Source of the DNA: Nitrososphaerales archaeon
GTDB lineage: Archaea; Thermoproteota; Nitrososphaeria; Nitrososphaerales; Gagatemarchaeaceae
Reading direction: 5' to 3'
NCBI GenBank assembly: GCA_035626075.1
Contig: DASPOK010000054.1
Location: forward strand, 1 to 49,274
DNA: 49,274 nucleotides
The notes beneath the pieces were generated by a model. That model ran no database searches. It had not been told where the DNA came from and was given only the letters and a program-made list of their open reading frames with translations. Below, piece after piece: positions 41,957 to 49,274 of the stretch. The position numbers were made by a program, and so were the translations under genes. The number at the start of each line of letters is the position of its first letter. The stretch's first letter is position 1.

Positions 41957-42400
41957 ATGAAAACCAGGAATGCCCTTCTCGGTGTCACCGTCGTCATCCT
42001 ATTCTCCCTCCTGGTTGTTGGTGCCTATGTCACGGCGGCCGAATACGGCGGGATGTGCGGTGTGAATACCCCCGAAGACTGGCCCCTATGCAACGGCCAG
42101 CTTTTGCCTCCCCCTGACTTCGGTTCCATCGTCGAGTACACCCACAGGATTCTCGCCTCCCTCTCTGGGCTCTTCCTCATACTCACGACTGTGGTGTTCT
42201 GGAGGGCCAAGGACTCCCCTGCCGCCACAAGGAGGCTGCTATACCTCGCCCTTGCCTCGATAGTAGCCGAAATTGTGGTCGGCGGGATCGTGGTGAACAC
42301 GGGCCTCTCGGCGCCCATAGTTACACTACATCAGGCAATAGCCCTGCTCGTGTTCGGCTTCGCCGTTGGGGCGGCGGCGGTTTCATTCCGAAGTACCTGA
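41957..42400 (+). CDS. ctaA: compact (4-TM) heme A synthase CtaA/COX15-like protein
   Basis: 147 aa with four hydrophobic helices, a loop Cys pair CGVNTPEDWPLCNG, and His residues in EYTHRILA and TLHQAIA. This is the pattern of half-size archaeal CtaA. Confidence 0.6.
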   Translation: MKTRNALLGVTVVILFSLLVVGAYVTAAEYGGMCGVNTPEDWPLCNGQLLPPPDFGSIVEYTHRILASLSGLFLILTTVVFWRAKDSPAATRRLLYLALASIVAEIVVGGIVVNTGLSAPIVTLHQAIALLVFGFAVGAAAVSFRST

Positions 42401-42436
42401 TGACTTTTTTAGGCCCCAGGCTCACGGCCAAAGAGC

Positions 42437-43525
42437 TTGGACGTAGAGACCCGGCTCCAGTTGCTGAAAAACGTGGGAGAGGAAATCATCACAGAGAGGG
42501 AGTTGCGCACTCTTCTAGAGACCAACGACCACCCGTCAGCCTACGACGGGTTCGAGCCCAGCGGCCTAGCACACCTCCCCTTCGGCGTCCTCCGTCCGAT
42601 ACTTGTGGAAGACATGATGAAGGCGGGCGTGAGGATGAAGCTCTGGATTGCAGACTGGTTCGCCTGGGTTAACAACAAGTTGGGGGGCGACCTGGAGAAG
42701 ATTCAGGAAGTCGGGAGATACTTCGTCGAGGTCTGGAAGGCGGCAGGGGTCGACATGAGCAAGGTCGACGTGCTCTGGACCAGCGACGCCGCCAAGAATG
42801 AGGATTACTGGAAGAAGGTGGTAACCGTCGCCCAGAACTCGACCCTAGCCAGGGCGCAGCGCGCTCTGACCGTCGCGGGCCGCACGACCAAGGAGTCCAT
42901 ACAGACCGCGCAGCTCTTCTATCCCATGATGCAGGTGGCAGACATATTCTGGCTCGACGTGGACATCTGCCAGCTGGGTATGGACCAGCGACGTGCCAAC
43001 ATCCTCGCCCGCGAGATTGCGGAAAAGATGAAGTGGAAGAAACCCGTTGCCCTCCACCACCATATGCTCATCGGTCTTCAGGGAAGGAAGGAACCTGAAG
43101 GGTTCGACGAGAACGGCGCCGTTGATGCCGAGATAGCGAGCAAAATGAGCAAGAGCAAGCCAGAGACTTCCATCTTCGTCCATGACAGCACTGAGGTGTT
43201 AATGAAAAAGATCAACTCTGCTTATTGTCCTCCTAGGGTGATCGAAGGGAACGCCCTGATCGAATACTCAAGGTACATCGTCTTTCGGAAGAGGAGGACC
43301 CTCATGGTGGAAAGGCCCGAGAAGTACGGGGGCAACGTGGAGTTTTCCTCGGCCTCTGAGCTAGAGAGCGCCTATGTCGAAGGAAGGCTTCACCCAGCGG
43401 ACCTGAAGAAGGCGGTCGGGACGGCACTTGACGAGATAGTCTCCCCTATCAGGGAACACTTCGTCAGGGACCCGTCCGCAAGGAGGCTGTTCGACTCCGT
43501 CAGGGCTGCTGAAACGACAAGATAG
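42437..43525 (+). CDS. tyrS: tyrosyl-tRNA synthetase (archaeal type)
   Basis: Collinear with archaeal TyrRS as I recall it: AYDGFEPSG, YPMMQVADI, KMSKSKP, YCPPRVIEGNALIEY, ERPEKYGG, LHPADLKKAV. Confidence 0.88.
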   Translation: MDVETRLQLLKNVGEEIITERELRTLLETNDHPSAYDGFEPSGLAHLPFGVLRPILVEDMMKAGVRMKLWIADWFAWVNNKLGGDLEKIQEVGRYFVEVWKAAGVDMSKVDVLWTSDAAKNEDYWKKVVTVAQNSTLARAQRALTVAGRTTKESIQTAQLFYPMMQVADIFWLDVDICQLGMDQRRANILAREIAEKMKWKKPVALHHHMLIGLQGRKEPEGFDENGAVDAEIASKMSKSKPETSIFVHDSTEVLMKKINSAYCPPRVIEGNALIEYSRYIVFRKRRTLMVERPEKYGGNVEFSSASELESAYVEGRLHPADLKKAVGTALDEIVSPIREHFVRDPSARRLFDSVRAAETTR

Positions 43526-43543
43526 GGTATCACCGGTGTCAAG

Positions 43544-44035
43544 TTGCCCTCTTCCAGCGGAGCAAAGACGCGTTTCATCGCCGATGCCATGCTCGGTTCC
43601 CTGGCGCGCAAGCTCAGGGCTCTAGGCTTCGACACTTCCTATTACAAGTCAGGGGACGACTCGGGGATCATCGGTCTTGCGGCGGACGAGGGTAGGGTCA
43701 TACTGACCTCCGACCGTTCCCTCGTCTCTCGAGCTTCAACCAGAAATGTGAAGGCAATCCTCCTGGCGGGGAAAAGCGACGGGGAGAGGGTTAGCATCAT
43801 GGCGCGGGCCACCTCGTCCATGGGGATCCCCCTCGTCGGTGGGGCACCGCTCTGTTCATTGTGCGGGGGAGCACTAGAGCCGCTGAAGAAAGCCGACGTC
43901 TCCGGTCATGTTCCCGCCTCCGTTGAGGCACGCCATAGGCTGTTCTTCAGGTGCAGGTCATGCGGTCAGTACTACTGGAGGGGGAGCCACTGGAAAAAGT
44001 TAAGGTCGCTTGCCAGACGGCTGCAGGCGAAGTAG
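43544..44035 (+). CDS. Mut7-C (DUF82) PIN-like RNase domain protein with C-terminal zinc ribbon
   Basis: RFIADAMLGSLARKLRALGFDT...ILTSDRSL...CSLCGG...CRSCGQYYWRGSHW. Confidence 0.75.
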   Translation: MPSSSGAKTRFIADAMLGSLARKLRALGFDTSYYKSGDDSGIIGLAADEGRVILTSDRSLVSRASTRNVKAILLAGKSDGERVSIMARATSSMGIPLVGGAPLCSLCGGALEPLKKADVSGHVPASVEARHRLFFRCRSCGQYYWRGSHWKKLRSLARRLQAK

Positions 44036-44036
44036 A

Positions 44037-44654
44037 ATGTCCCTTTCCAACGAAGAGGGGACGACCGCGGTAGCCATAGCCAGAGAGACTCTGGACATCT
44101 ACGTGACAGGGAAGCGCCTGGAACGGAAATCATGGGTCCGCGGCACCTTCTCGGAGTTGAGGGGGGTGTTCGTCACAATCAACCTTGCATCCCCCTCCGA
44201 AGAGAGGCTAAGGGGTTGCATCGGCTTTCCATACCCGGTCAAGCCGCTCGGAGAAGCAATAAGAGAGGCGACCATTGCCGCAGCAACCGAAGACCCCCGA
44301 TTCCCCCCCGTGACCGAGTCAGAACTTGGCGAGGTGGTGGTGGAGGTCAGCATCCTCACCGAACCTGCTCCCATCAAGGCCCCCAGGCCCCAGGACCTCC
44401 CTTCCCGGATCAGAATTGGAACGGACGGCCTGATCGTGTCTCGCTTCGGCCAGAGCGGGTTGCTGCTTCCCCAAGTGGCGACCGAGTTTGGGATGGACCA
44501 AACAGACTTCCTATCGCAGGCATGCATGAAGGCAGGCCTCCCTCCCGACTCGTGGCTCGATGAAGGGACCGAGGTAAAGGCATTTCAGGCGGAGATCTTT
44601 GCGGAGGCTTCCCCCAGGGGCAAGGCGTTGCGCGTAAGCCCGCACGGGTCCTGA
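44037..44654 (+). CDS. AMMECR1 domain protein (AmmeMemoRadiSam system protein A-like)
   Basis: GVFVTI......LRGCIGFPYPVKPL...AAATEDPRFPPV...EVSILT. ATG 44037 lies 1 nt after the Mut7-C stop. Confidence 0.85.
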   Translation: MSLSNEEGTTAVAIARETLDIYVTGKRLERKSWVRGTFSELRGVFVTINLASPSEERLRGCIGFPYPVKPLGEAIREATIAAATEDPRFPPVTESELGEVVVEVSILTEPAPIKAPRPQDLPSRIRIGTDGLIVSRFGQSGLLLPQVATEFGMDQTDFLSQACMKAGLPPDSWLDEGTEVKAFQAEIFAEASPRGKALRVSPHGS

Positions 44655-44655
44655 A

Positions 44656-45822
44656 ATGAAAATCTACATCGGATGTTTCGGTTCAGGACTCGGCCACGCC
44701 ACCCGAATGCTCGAAGTCGCGGGGGAACTCGCGAAGAGAGCGGCCTGCGTCGAGTTCTCCTCCTCCGGGGAGGTTGCGTCCTTGATCGAGGGGAGGGGTT
44801 ATCGCTGCAACCGTCTCCCGCTGGCCGACGTACGTTACTCCGAATCGGGCTCCTTCCAGGTCAAGGATACCCTCCTCGCCTCACCTTCCATTCTGGCTCG
44901 CGCCTACGAGCAGCTCGGCTCCGAGTTAGCAAACATTCGACGATTCGGCCCCGACGCGGTTCTAAGTGACTCGGCGCTCCCCACCGTCCTTGCAGGGCGG
45001 ATGCTGCGGCTCCCCACCTACACTGTCCTTAACCAGCTGAACCTCACGAGTTCCCACGGCGCCCAGAGGGCACGATCAAGGCTGCTGTCTGTCGGAATCT
45101 CCGCGAGCATGGGAAAGCTGTGGGAGTTCAGCGACGAAGTGCTGCTCCCAGACCTCCCGCCTCCCTACACCATCAGCGAGAAGAACCTCTGGGGGAGCAA
45201 CGTCGGGAAGACCCGCTACGTCGGCTTCCTGACTCCCTCGGACAGGGGAGCCCCGGACCAGGCGGCTCAAGAGTTCATGGGTGACGGTCGGGCCAAGGTC
45301 TTCTGGCAGGTCTCGGGGCCTCCTCGGACCCGGTCGGCCCTTCTCCGGATGGCCCTAGAATACACCGAGGCCCTCGCAGACAAGTACGCCTTCGTCGTCA
45401 CCGGAGGAGACCCTGAAGGGAGCGCCACTCCTAGGCGGTTCAAAGGGGGCTGGTACTACGGATGGTGCGGGATCGCGGACGTGTACTTCGAGTCCTGCGA
45501 CATCGTCATCTCACGGGCAGGGCACGGGACCATAGGCCAAGCGATAACCGCGTCGAAGCCATCCCTCCTGGTCCCCATCCCGAGGCAGCCGGAGCAGGAG
45601 GGCAATGCCGACAAGGCGGAGCGGCTCGGTGTCTCATTGGTTGTGCCACAAGACGAACTCGATGCCGAGAAGCTCAGAAAGTCGCTCGACTCCCTGAGAG
45701 GCGACGACTACGTGACGAGATCGAAGCGTCTAGGGGAGATTGCCCGAGGCTTCGATGCCAGGGCCGCAATCGTGGAGACTGTGACTGCCGCTACCATCAG
45801 AGGCCGTCAAGTACGCCGCTGA
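44656..45822 (+). CDS. glycosyltransferase, MurG/GT28-like fold
   Basis: N-terminal MKIYIGCFGSGLGHATRMLEVA and C-terminal ISRAGHGTIGQAITASKPSLLVPIP...EQEGNA. Confidence 0.6.
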   Translation: MKIYIGCFGSGLGHATRMLEVAGELAKRAACVEFSSSGEVASLIEGRGYRCNRLPLADVRYSESGSFQVKDTLLASPSILARAYEQLGSELANIRRFGPDAVLSDSALPTVLAGRMLRLPTYTVLNQLNLTSSHGAQRARSRLLSVGISASMGKLWEFSDEVLLPDLPPPYTISEKNLWGSNVGKTRYVGFLTPSDRGAPDQAAQEFMGDGRAKVFWQVSGPPRTRSALLRMALEYTEALADKYAFVVTGGDPEGSATPRRFKGGWYYGWCGIADVYFESCDIVISRAGHGTIGQAITASKPSLLVPIPRQPEQEGNADKAERLGVSLVVPQDELDAEKLRKSLDSLRGDDYVTRSKRLGEIARGFDARAAIVETVTAATIRGRQVRR

Positions 45823-46768
45823 CATCTGACATCACCCCGCCGAATCTCCTCGCCGTGTAGGTCCCGTTCCCCTTCGCCTTCCAGTCCGTCCTGAAGCGGT
45901 ACTCCTTGATGGCCAGCGACCGGAACTCTGCCTCGAACATCTCCTCTGGCATCAGATACAGAGGGGCTTGCACGATCCCGAAAAGTCTCTCGGGCAGCTC
46001 GCCCCCCTCTCCGCTGAACCCTCCGAACACAGGATCGTCAGCCCCGGAGGCGAACTTCGCCAGGGACTCCACTGCGCAGTCTCCTTCCAACACCTCCAGG
46101 CCCAGACTTCGTGGGTCTGCGCGGTGAGAAAGTTCGGAGTACAGCCTCGCCACGGCCATCAAGCTCTCCTCATCCAACTTCGCGTGAACCAAGTGCACCC
46201 TGTAGCCCATGAGCGCCGCCATCCAAGCCAGGACAGAGCTGTGCATTCCCCCCGATACAAGGCAGACGGCGGCGTTACGTCCGGTCGGGACTCCGCCAGA
46301 GCCCTCCCTCACCTCAACTCCCACCACGCCTTTCGACCCGTCGAATGCGGCCCTGAAAGTGACCCTGGCGCCGTCTTCAGACACCCTCGCCCCCTTCACG
46401 CCGTCGAGTATCCTAGACGTCACCATGCCGGAGAGATCGGCACCAGCAACTCTTCCAGTCCCCTCCGCCTTGACCCTGAACTTGCCCCCCTTGCGGAGGA
46501 ATTTTCTTGCAATTTCACCTGATGCCACTGCGAGCTCTCTGTCTGACCCGACCGTCTCCCCCGCAGCTATCCACGCTATGCCGGGCATGTGATCCACCAG
46601 AGCTGCAGCACCCATGGGCTCAGCCCCTTCCACAACCAAGCTCTTCCCTAGGCTCCAGACATGTGCATGGACGCCGTTCTCCTTCAATACGAACCCCAAT
46701 GACGACCTAAGGTCCGCCAATTTGCCCCTCCCCGTCCATCTTACAACGGCGGTTCTCTCCCGAGCCAT
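45797..46768 (-). CDS. divergent ThiI-like protein (THUMP-like N-terminal region plus a degenerate PP-loop)
   Basis: KFRVKAEGTG... resembles a THUMP region. The PP-loop-like segment is AVCLVSGGMHSSVLAWM (SGGxHS instead of SGGxDS). The 3' end overlaps the convergent glycosyltransferase gene by 26 nt. Confidence 0.5.
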   Translation of the reverse strand: MARERTAVVRWTGRGKLADLRSSLGFVLKENGVHAHVWSLGKSLVVEGAEPMGAAALVDHMPGIAWIAAGETVGSDRELAVASGEIARKFLRKGGKFRVKAEGTGRVAGADLSGMVTSRILDGVKGARVSEDGARVTFRAAFDGSKGVVGVEVREGSGGVPTGRNAAVCLVSGGMHSSVLAWMAALMGYRVHLVHAKLDEESLMAVARLYSELSHRADPRSLGLEVLEGDCAVESLAKFASGADDPVFGGFSGEGGELPERLFGIVQAPLYLMPEEMFEAEFRSLAIKEYRFRTDWKAKGNGTYTARRFGGVMSDVSGVLDGL

Positions 46769-46826
46769 TCAGACTTCTGGGACTGGCGCCGAATGCTTCC
46801 TATAACCATTGGGAGCGGCGCATCAC

Positions 46827-46835
46827 GCTTTTAGG
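46827..46835 (+). promoter_or_regulatory. TATA-like box (gcttttagg) for asnS
   Basis: 24-32 nt upstream of GTG 46859. Confidence 0.35.
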
Positions 46836-46858
46836 ACGACCGGGTCGAGCCCTCCGCC

Positions 46859-48160
46859 GTGAAGGAAGGGGAGTCAAGGCCATCGACCGCGGCTGACGTG
46901 CTTGCCGGAAGGTCCGGGCCCGAAGTTGAGATCAGGGGTTGGGTAGCAAGGAAGCATACGGTCGGGGGGCTCGTCTTTGCAATCATACGGGACGGCTCTG
47001 GCTACGTCCAAGTCTCGGCCCGCAAGGGCGCTGCAGACACTGCATTCGAGGCCGCGAAGGGGGTCACCAGGGAGTCTGCGGTAATCGTGAAGGGGGAGGT
47101 CAGGGACGACAGGCGCGCCCCAGGGGGCAAAGAGGTCGCAGCCAGGGAGTTCGTCGTCGTCGCCAGGGCAGAGAACTGGCCCATAACGAGGACCGCAGCC
47201 AAGTCGGCCTCCTTCCTCTTCGACAAGAGGCATCTCAGTATCCGAGGGCCCAAAGCCATAGCGTCAATGAGAATACGGACGGAGGTTATCGGCGCGGCCT
47301 TCGACTATTTCAGGGGCAAGGGGTTCACGCTAATTAGCGGACCCACATTCGTCGGGGCCGCAGTCGAGGGAGGGTCGACGCTCTTCCCTGTCGACTACTT
47401 TGGGAAACAGGCCTATTTGAGTCAGAGCGCACAGTTCTACGAGGAGGCGGCCCTCCCCGCCTTGGAGAAGGTCTGGATATTCCAGCCGGCCTTCCGGGCG
47501 GAGAAGTCGAAGACAAGCAAGCACCTGACTGAGTTCTGGATGATAGAGGCAGAGCAAGCCTTTGCCGACCAGTCCGCGAATCTCTCCCTCCTAGAGGGGC
47601 TGCTCGCTGCGATGGTCAGACGCGTCCTTGATAACCGGCAGAGTGACCTGAAGACGTTGGGGCGGACTCTGAAAGAAATCTCTCTCCCTCTCCCGAGGAT
47701 CACCTACGACGAGGCGAGGGAGGTCGCGGAGAAGAGCGGATGCGGCTTCCAGTGGGGGGACGACATTGGAGCAGAGGCCGAGAGAGCGGTCAGCAAGAGT
47801 CAGGATTCCCCTTTCTTCGTGACGGACTACCCCCTATCCGCACGAGCCTTCTATCACATGACCTACCCGGACAGGCCCAAGGTCACGATATCAGCCGACC
47901 TCATGGCACCCGAGGGCCTGGGAGAGCTAGCTACCAGCGGCCAGCGAATTCACGACCAGTCTCAGCTCATGGAAAGGATAGCGCGGCAGGAGCTGCCGGC
48001 GGAGGCCTTCGCCTGGTACCTTGAGCTGAGGAAGTTCGGGATGCCTCCGCACTCAGGGTTCGGTATCGGGGTGGAGAGGACGACAAGGTGGATTGCGGGA
48101 CTGAGGCACATCAGGTCGGCCAGCCTCTTCCCCAGGACAGTTTCACGGATCTCCCCCTGA
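46859..48160 (+). CDS. asnS: asparaginyl-tRNA synthetase (class IIb; AspRS not fully excluded)
   Basis: FRAEKSKTSKHLTEFWMIEAE, DLMAPEGLGELATSGQR, WYLELRKFGMPPHSGFGIGVER and an ...FPR... ending; these match the AsnRS rather than the AspRS pattern as I recall them. Confidence 0.8.
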   Translation: MKEGESRPSTAADVLAGRSGPEVEIRGWVARKHTVGGLVFAIIRDGSGYVQVSARKGAADTAFEAAKGVTRESAVIVKGEVRDDRRAPGGKEVAAREFVVVARAENWPITRTAAKSASFLFDKRHLSIRGPKAIASMRIRTEVIGAAFDYFRGKGFTLISGPTFVGAAVEGGSTLFPVDYFGKQAYLSQSAQFYEEAALPALEKVWIFQPAFRAEKSKTSKHLTEFWMIEAEQAFADQSANLSLLEGLLAAMVRRVLDNRQSDLKTLGRTLKEISLPLPRITYDEAREVAEKSGCGFQWGDDIGAEAERAVSKSQDSPFFVTDYPLSARAFYHMTYPDRPKVTISADLMAPEGLGELATSGQRIHDQSQLMERIARQELPAEAFAWYLELRKFGMPPHSGFGIGVERTTRWIAGLRHIRSASLFPRTVSRISP

Positions 48161-48165
48161 GGCAT

Positions 48166-48174
48166 GCTTATCTA
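48166..48174 (+). promoter_or_regulatory. TATA-like box (gcttatcta) for radA
   Basis: 24-32 nt upstream of TTG 48198. Confidence 0.35.
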
Positions 48175-48197
48175 GTGGAAGGCGTCCGCGCGAAACA

Positions 48198-49190
48198 TTG
48201 ACTGAAACGGACGAGGAGCTGGAGCTAGACACGCTTCCCGGCGTCGGACCGGCGACGAAGCAGAAGCTGAAGGACGCAGGGATCGAAACGATACTCGACC
48301 TCGCAACCTCCGGCCCCATGGACATCGCCGAGGCAGTGGACATCGACGTGTCCAAGGCAGTGGAGCTCAACAACAAGGCCCGCAAGAAGCTGGTGGAGAT
48401 GAACCGCCTCGAGCCTGACTTCATCAACGCGGCGGACCTGCTGGCGAAAAGGAAGGCCATCGACAGGATTTCGACAGGGTCGAAGAACCTAGACGACCTG
48501 CTCGGGGGAGGCATAGAGACATGGGCCATGACGGAGTTCTACGGGGAGTTCGGGTCGGGCAAGTCTCAGATTTGCCACACACTCTGCGTGATGGTCCAGC
48601 AGCCCAAGGGCGAAGGAGGGCTCGAAGCAGGCGCGGTGTACATCGACACCGAAGGCACTTTCAGGCCCGAAAGGATAGCCGAGATAGCAGAAGCCAGGGG
48701 TCTCGATTCCGAGAAAATACTCTCGAGGATAACGGTCGCCCGGGCCTACAACAGTGCCCACCAGGAACTCATAGTCAGGGACCTGGGCAGGGTAATCGAG
48801 CCCAACAAGGTGAAGCTCGTGATTCTGGACAGCGCGGTGGCCCACTACAGGGCAGAGTTCCTCGGAAGGGGGACCCTGGCCGAACGCCAGCAGAGGCTCA
48901 ACAGGTTCATGCATCAACTTCTGAGGACAGCCGAAATTTACAACATTGCCGTCGTCGTGACGAACCAAGTGCAGGCGGCCCCCGACTCCTTCTTCGGCGA
49001 CCCCACCAGGCCGACGGGAGGGCACGTCGTCGCCCACACAAGCACCTACAGGATCTACCTGAGGAAGGCCGCCAAGAACCGCATTGCGAGGATGGTCGAC
49101 AGCCCCTATCACCCGGAGAGAGACACGGTCTTCATCCTCAACGAAAGGGGAATCGACGACCCGTCGGAAGAAACCACCAGAAAGAAGTAG
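48198..49190 (+). CDS. radA: DNA repair and recombination protein RadA
   Basis: HhH N-terminus LDTLPGVGPATKQKLKDAGIETILDL, Walker A GEFGSGKSQ and Walker B KLVILDS. Confidence 0.93.
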   Translation: MTETDEELELDTLPGVGPATKQKLKDAGIETILDLATSGPMDIAEAVDIDVSKAVELNNKARKKLVEMNRLEPDFINAADLLAKRKAIDRISTGSKNLDDLLGGGIETWAMTEFYGEFGSGKSQICHTLCVMVQQPKGEGGLEAGAVYIDTEGTFRPERIAEIAEARGLDSEKILSRITVARAYNSAHQELIVRDLGRVIEPNKVKLVILDSAVAHYRAEFLGRGTLAERQQRLNRFMHQLLRTAEIYNIAVVVTNQVQAAPDSFFGDPTRPTGGHVVAHTSTYRIYLRKAAKNRIARMVDSPYHPERDTVFILNERGIDDPSEETTRKK

Positions 49191-49274
49191 AGGCGCGCTT
49201 AACGGTTTTATATGGTGAACCGGGCGCCCTCCGGCGTCTCGCTTGAAGCGTTCTCAATTGCTAGCGGTCTCCAT

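Noticed and set aside
1-49274. Looked for CRISPR repeats, IS elements, integrases, prophage or defense islands, and rRNA genes
   Set aside because: I saw no periodic direct repeats and no transposase, integrase or Cas-like translations in the ORF track. The window is essentially core-genome. The only hints of past insertion are the tRNA-like fragment at 21.1 kb and the spacer at 14.9-15.3 kb.

Overview
GC-rich archaeal chromosomal segment, densely packed with core housekeeping genes. I saw no CRISPR array, transposase or integrase. All calls come from reading the supplied translations and the DNA by eye; no searches were run.

Gene content, left to right:
- deoxyhypusine synthase (partial, runs off the window start) and glmS
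- an inverted rps13-rps4-rps11 block
- rpoD-rpl18e-rpl13-rps9-rpoN-rps2, then a MEMO-like gene and the isoprenoid genes mvk, isopentenyl phosphate kinase (IPK) and a GGPP synthase, then gltX
- rpl7ae-rps28e-[about 425 nt ORF-free spacer]-rpl24e-ndk-aIF5B-rps6e
- an Lrp regulator followed by an uncharacterised pair: an HExxH protein and a nucleotidyltransferase fused to a Bud32-like kinase domain
- a tRNA-like fragment
- rps27ae-rps24e-DUF359-spt4-rpoE'-nadE-PIN-aIF2gamma
- a sugar nucleotidyltransferase, a Rieske protein and an MMPL/RND transporter
- an HldE/RfaE-like kinase plus a complete non-oxidative pentose phosphate cluster, with rpe nested between the two halves of a split transketolase, then tal
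- SOD, a hemL-like aminotransferase, Ogg, and a long L13e
- a two-intron tRNA-Tyr
- ctaB, thiI, trx, a compact ctaA, tyrS, Mut7-C, AMMECR1, a glycosyltransferase, a divergent ThiI-like paralog, asnS and radA

Lineage: the presence of L13e, a tRNA with a non-canonical second intron, and TATA boxes about 25-30 nt upstream of many start codons (largely leaderless mRNAs) suggest a TACK/Thermoproteota-like aerobe. This is inference only.

Most worth a second look:
1. The hairpin-rich spacer that splits rps28e from rpl24e; it is a candidate structured RNA of unknown class.
2. The HExxH plus NTase-kinase operon, which is bounded by a tRNA-like 3' fragment.
3. The two-intron tRNA-Tyr.
4. Two essential genes (rps2 and IPK) whose conserved N-termini lie upstream of any canonical in-frame start codon. 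Each is repaired by adding one base to a G or C run, so assembly indels are the leading explanation.
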